NCBI GenBank assembly: GCA_001938485.1
Contig: MQRK01217429.1
Span: forward strand, 1-59,296
Direction of reading: 5' to 3'
DNA from: Girardia tigrina
Taxonomy: Eukaryota
Length of the DNA: 59,296 nucleotides
Of this stretch, positions 53,373 to 59,296 are shown in pieces. A program made the position numbers and the translations under genes. The notes under the pieces are model-generated. The model saw only the letters and a program-made list of their open reading frames with translations, was not told where the DNA came from and searched no databases. The number at the start of each line of letters is the position of its first letter. The stretch's first letter is position 1.

Positions 53373-53931
53373 CCCATCAGATCCAACGGTCGTCAAACGG
53401 CCACTTTTGCGTTTTGATTTTTTAATTTTTGTTATACATTTCAGGAGATGAAATCCTTTAGTCAGTCAAATGGTATTTATTACTAAAACAAAAAATATAA
53501 TTGTAAGATATTATCTTTTAGATCAAGGTGATAATCCTTATTATCAACTGTAAGGGGGTTTTGTGACTTAAATTTTTAATAATTAATTTGTAATATCATA
53601 TTTATAATTAAATAATTTCAAATGATTTATTTATATAAATTTTTAAAAAAACAAATATTTCGGATTAATAATAAAAATTGTAATTAAAATTTAATTTATT
53701 AGAATTTGACTTTATGGGAAATAAATAATTCGGAGTAACAAACATTGTAAATTAAATTAGGTTTTAAATAAAAATTTTAATATTTATAACAATTGTATCT
53801 CAAAATTTGTATTAAAAAAACCATAATCAAATGTTTTTTGAAAAATTGAGTTGTAAAATAAAATTCATAATGTTTTAGTTACAATTAAAATGGTATCAAA
53901 TTTGAAATAAAAAAATCTGGTACCAAATGGG
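53373..53931. mobile_element. piggyBac-type MITE
   Basis: TTAA-CCCAT ... ATGGG-TTAA termini. Confidence 0.65.
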
Positions 53932-56478
53932 TTAATCAAGAATATTTTATATTTATAGTATTCGGGAAATTATGAGGTACTCATTAAAAAATTATCACTA
54001 AACCCCTTTAGAAAATTGAGATAATATAATCTAAAAAATTAAGGAAATAAACTTTAAACTATAATAAATACTTTGTGATTTTCAAGAATTCGCAAATAGT
54101 TAAACAAATAGAGTGACCACTATTTCTAAAACAATTTATATCGTTAAACAAATACTACGGACAAATTCAAGATACTGAAACCAATTTAACCAATGGTCCC
54201 TGATAGATGTTCACATGTAGAAATGTGCAAACCTCTAATCAATAGAACCCTTCTTGGACAGACCTTCGAGATGGTGACTTCAATAATTTTTGCTATGCAC
54301 TCTCTGTTTGGGAATCAAATTATTTTTAACTTTTTGGTGTTGGTAAATGGAATGTGATTCATTTTAACTTTGTCGAAAGAAAAACAAATGAAAAATTATT
54401 AAAACATATAGTTGTTTAGTTACATCAATTGGTATTTTAAATCATCTTTGTTGTTGATTTTTGAATGGGTAATTGAATTGTGATCATTTTGCTGTTTAAA
54501 ATAAAACATATTGTCAAAGGAATTGAGCATTGAATAAATCGTTTTATATTTGAACAAATCATCACCGGATAGGTCAACTTATGGGTCAATCACAACCGTC
54601 CATTTTAGTAACATTGAGTGCATCAACGAAAGGAAACAAAGCTAATATTATGTTCTTAATGGGAACAACTATATCAGAATTGGATGTCCGTCTTGTGTCC
54701 ACTGGTATTTCGCTGGTGGCATTTAAACGAAAGTCATTCTCAATCGTGTGAATAAAATGTATCGAAATTTTATGAATGACCAACCTTCGGCAGTCATTAG
54801 AAATTTTGATTGACGCAAGATTGACATAAACTGAAGGCAAAATATGGTTGTAATAGTACAATGTTAATTACTTTATTTTCTAAAAGCATGAATTAATTTG
54901 TTCACACACATTAATATGTGTAGATAACGATTGTCTAAAATTATTTTATAGAATTTTAATTTGTACTCAGTCATTTGTATACAGAGACTTATAAGTTTGT
55001 GTACGGGAATACAAACTAATGGATTGTATTAAATGTATCAAAAATTTTCTGTTTTACTTACTAATAATTTTATTTACAGATCTGTTGTGACAAAGTAACT
55101 GCTATTAAAAATGATCGGATCATGTTTCCATCATAAAACAATTAAACAACTACCCTTTTAAGTAATATTTTTTTTATCAATAATGAATTTATCATAATTG
55201 TACCTAACTCATCTTAGAACAAATTGTGATTATAAGTGCCTGCTATAATTGCGTATTCAGCTTTTTAGTATTTTTAAAACGATGTGTTACCAAAGTATAT
55301 TAGAAAATGAATATGCTAATTTAAATTTTGGAACCCGTAACTCTGGTTGGTATTTGGAGCTAACTTATTCTACAATCATTTGATATGATTACCTCATTAA
55401 GTACAGAAGAACCATTCGATTGCGGCTAACACAAATGGTGTTCAGCAAAAACAAAATTGAGTTAATCCGAGAACTGAAGTCAAGATATAACAATAATTAA
55501 AAGAACATAAATAGGAAGTCATAAGTATCCTATTCGCAATGTTTTTAAATTATCAGTGTGAGGAATATTTTTAATAGTGTTTATTGTATATTGTTTTGTA
55601 TGTTTTTTAGGATTGTGTTTCTCACACTCAGATGGAAGATTGATATTTTAAATATTTTAAAACGTCGAATTATTTAATAAATTTAAAAATTTAAATGGTC
55701 AACTCCAAAATTAAATTTATATATCATAACTAATATATTTAAAATATTTTTTTAAAATAATCAAAATTATTTTGTAATTTAAATTATAAATTATTTCGTG
55801 ATAGAATTGTAAATTAAATTGTAAATGATTTTTGTTTGAATAATAAGACGTTTAAAAAAAGAATTAAAAAGTTTATCAATCAAGAACAATGACTTGTTAC
55901 AAAAGTTCTGTGGAGAATTGTCCTAGTGGTAAATCAAATTGTGATATAAATAAATGTATTGAAAAATCAATTAGTGTTCTCAATAAGCAGTTTAAAACAA
56001 TCTAAATTTCTCAATTTAATTTATAACAAATTTTTATAAAATATATCTAATTTTATATGGAAACTTCATGATTTGAAAGTGAACTCTTTTTGTCAAAATT
56101 GTAACTAAAAAGACATAAAAGATAAATGAGACCTACCCAAATATAATATTACATTAAAAGTCTTGGCATAAATCTCTTTAAGAATCAGAAGGAATGAGTG
56201 AAAGGATTAGTACCGTTCTCTTGTATTGGAAAAAATTAAAATATGTTATTAAATATTAAGAACAGCTTTAGGGGGTCTTTTAAATCCTTATTATTTTATA
56301 ACATACCGGTTTTCTGTTTAAAAAACTATGGATTATATAAATTTAAATTAAATTAGGACAAAGAGAAAGCGATTTCCAAAATGTGTGATATGTTTTTTAT
56401 ATGTTAATGTAATAATTTTATCGTCAATAACCTATAGAAAGCCCCTTTAATTTAAACTATAATTTTAACATTATATAT

Positions 56479-57374
56479 CAGGGGTGAGTAAACGGTGGAT
56501 CTCGAGCTGTTTGATAGTAGATCGCAGATGTTTTTTTCAGATAAATTTTAAATATTTAACAATAGATTTACCTGAGTAAAAAGAATCGTAAATATAACAG
56601 AAATACACAAATTTTCATTAAGATTTTAAATTAAGACTCAAAATTCAACGTTTAAAATTAAAGTATATTTAAAGTTTAAATTAATGATAATTAAAATGAT
56701 ATTGGATTTTGTTTTAATATTCAAAAATTTGGTGTTGATTCATGTATTAAAATTAACCACACAGCATCCTATACTTTAAAAGTCTTCGAGACGATCTAAG
56801 TTAGCCACTGAAGCATTCCATATGATCTCATAGGTTTTGGGAAAACATAAAAAGTATTATCGTGGTGGTGAAGTTTTCGTGATGGAAGCTTTCCTTGAGA
56901 ACAGTGAAAAATTATTTAACAACTTTAAAAATAAAAACAAAATTCTTAATGTAATTAAAGATTTACAACTTTCTTGCCGAACAATTACTCGACGTAATGA
57001 AGATTTGACAGGTAATGTAACTCAATAATTGGAAGATCACATACAAGACTGCAGCTTCTTTTCATTACAGTTTGACGAATCAACTGATGGCATTGATACT
57101 GCACTATTAATTATGTTTATAATAATGATATTCTCCGATATTTCGAAAAAAGAGGAATTATACCAATTCTTCCGATGAAAGGCACGACGCGAGAAGAAGA
57201 AATTTTCACAACATTTATTACATTTACATTACAATAAAATTAATTATCATACTGTGTTATGTTTTCTCATTTCGAAAGAGTCGATCGAAGTTAAATATTA
57301 AAATTTATAGTCGATCGAAGTTAAGTAATAAAAAATTTAGTCAATCGTACAACGTTTAAGTGTGCCCCACCCTG
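56479..57374 (+). mobile_element. Internally deleted hAT Buster/Charlie (GTF2IRD2-like) element
   Basis: CAGGGGTG ... CACCCTG termini; TSD TTATATAT/ATATATAT; LQLSCRTITRR...FSLQFDESTD. Confidence 0.85.
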
Positions 57375-58855
57375 ATATATATCCTATGAATAAAGTGTAA
57401 CAAAAATCAAAAAAATATTTATTTATTTAGATTACTTTATTTAACGCAAGCAAATTAATTCCAAAATTGGACAAGAATGCATATTTTGAAATTATTAACT
57501 TTGGTTGAGTTTATAAATTAAAAACAAAAATAAATTACAAAATCTCTCTAAATAAATGTATATTCTCAGAACTAACTATTTTATTCTTCAAATAAACTTT
57601 CACTATATGAGGAATTTGAAATTTTTTAAAGGATATATAGGTGCATGTCATCCAAGACTTCAAAAAGCAATAATACCAAAGACAAACGATTAAGAGCAAA
57701 AGTAATATAATAATTTAATTTTCGTCGAAGATTTTTTACTAAAAAAATTCAGATTCACTGGTACATTGAAAAACCATGGGCTGAATTTGTGCCTTAGTTT
57801 TAGGACACATTTTTTATACGTTTGCTTTACTTTTTTGTGATTCCAATTATTCAAAAACCTTTGTTTATAACTAGATCAAATTCAATTAATCTTCTAATTA
57901 ACGCAATGTATTTATTTTTACGATGTAAAATGATGAGAATAACTGTTTTGTATTAAAAATTGTTTATAGTGTGAAATTGTAAATTTTTGTTGGTGAAAAA
58001 CTTTTTTACGTTGTTTAAACGCATCGTTGCTTGACAAAAATTTGTGTTTATTTTAAAATTGAAAAATATTCATGTTTTTTTAATAAACGATCTAACCACT
58101 CTCTATGAGTTGTTTTGAATTTGTTAAAAAAGATCAGTGAATTTAAAGTAGAAAAAGTGTATTTAACAATTATTTTTTCAATTGAATTAAAAAGAAATAG
58201 TTGAATATCGAGTTTATTCTACGCGATTATCGTTTGTGTTAGTTCCGTATTTCGATTATGACAGAATCCTTCTCGAAATCGTTGAATATAGAGCTGATTT
58301 CTTGCAATTATAGTTTATGGGAGTTCTGCGATCGATTGAGAGAATCGTAATTTGCCGAGAGCACTGTCGAGCAGAGTAGTAGTGAGGAGGAGCGAGGGTC
58401 TCCTGAACTGAATGTTAAATATCTAGTGGTCTCTAGATTTATCCAATCGGGCAAAAATCATTCGCCTCATTGATGACCGGAACGATACAATCGATTTAAG
58501 TGAATTGGTTATATTTGGTTATCGCTATCGATTATATTTGTTTATTATAATTTGGGTAAAGCAATCGACAATTCAATCTTGAAAGCGAGTGGTCCTTTCT
58601 AAAATTTTGAGAAATTTATTGATGACATGATTGACCAAGTTTGTAATTATGCCTCTCAAAAGGAAAGATATTGATTACAGAGAAATCGAGATTCAAATCA
58701 CTGACTCTTGAATAAACTTATAAGGACAAAAAATAAATAAAAATAATTATCATAATAACTTGAAAAAACATTTTATATTTTGATTTGATGTCTTTAATAA
58801 TGATCTCTTTTCACTACACGAATTTCATTAAAAGAAAAATAATTTTTTAATGTTT

Positions 58856-59035
58856 TTAATTTTTTCTTTTCTTGGTTTCTCCATAACTCCGAGAAGCTTT
58901 ATTATAGGAATGATGGTCACGTTTCTTCATGTCTTTCATAGCCTTTATGTATAACTCCCGCTGAGAAAGAGGGCGAACTTCATCTTGAGAATCATCAGAA
59001 TCGACAATAAAATCATCACTTAATATTGATGAAGG
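58856..59035 (-). CDS. Probable terminal coding exon of a host gene (weakly ODAD1/CCDC63-like tail)
   Basis: Open 59 codons PSSILSDDFIVDSDDSQDEVRPLSQRELYIKAMKDMKKRDHHSYNKASRSYGETKKRKN*, coding-like composition. No canonical AG acceptor directly upstream. Confidence 0.4.
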   Translation of the reverse strand, partial: PSSILSDDFIVDSDDSQDEVRPLSQRELYIKAMKDMKKRDHHSYNKASRSYGETKKRKN

Positions 59036-59221
59036 TTAATAAATATACGAATAAATATAAATTATTTAATCAAATAATTATGTAAAAATAATTTATAATA
59101 CTGTTTGCGATTAGAAATCCTTGTAATTAAATAATAATAATAACGTTAATTTTATTCAATACACACACAAATTGGGAGACAAACTTCAAAGACGTGCAAA
59201 TTCACAGAAACAAAAGTTTAT

Positions 59222-59296
59222 TAATCAAAGTATGAACCATTGGCATCAATACATTTTTGCCAACGAGAAACAAGTTGTTTTATTCCATCAGCATAA
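59222..59296 (-). mobile_element. mariner transposase C-terminus (runs off the window)
   Basis: YADGIKQLVSRWQKCIDANGSYFD*. Confidence 0.85.

Overview
This is AT-rich eukaryotic, almost certainly metazoan, genomic scaffold with N-gaps and (TA)n microsatellites, not prokaryotic DNA. It is dominated by decayed, often nested transposable elements: Gypsy/Ty3 fragments and solo LTRs, hAT, MULE, Tc1/IS630, mariner, piggyBac- and Harbinger-type MITEs, an RTE-like LINE and a Penelope element. Two host genes can be reconstructed by hand. One is an intact PDX2 (PLP synthase glutaminase subunit; 4 exons, GT-AG introns of 50, 48 and 44 nt, 216 aa). The other is LRRC58 (5-codon first exon plus one long exon, 348 aa). 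A ubiquitin-like ORF without a C-terminal GG and a probable terminal exon near the right end are also present. The most interesting signals are: (i) a spliced gene at about 9.6-10.1 kb, missed by the ORF track, whose single frame is interrupted only by TGA codons, followed by a weak SECIS-like pattern; (ii) a vitamin B6 biosynthesis gene in an animal-type genome; (iii) an HDV-like ribozyme core at the 5' end of the RTE-like element; (iv) degenerate hammerhead motifs in Penelope inverted repeats; (v) very short LTRs (77-114 bp); and (vi) a CpG-rich, palindrome-rich non-coding island at about 47.2-47.55 kb. All family assignments come from motif recognition by eye. No searches were run.
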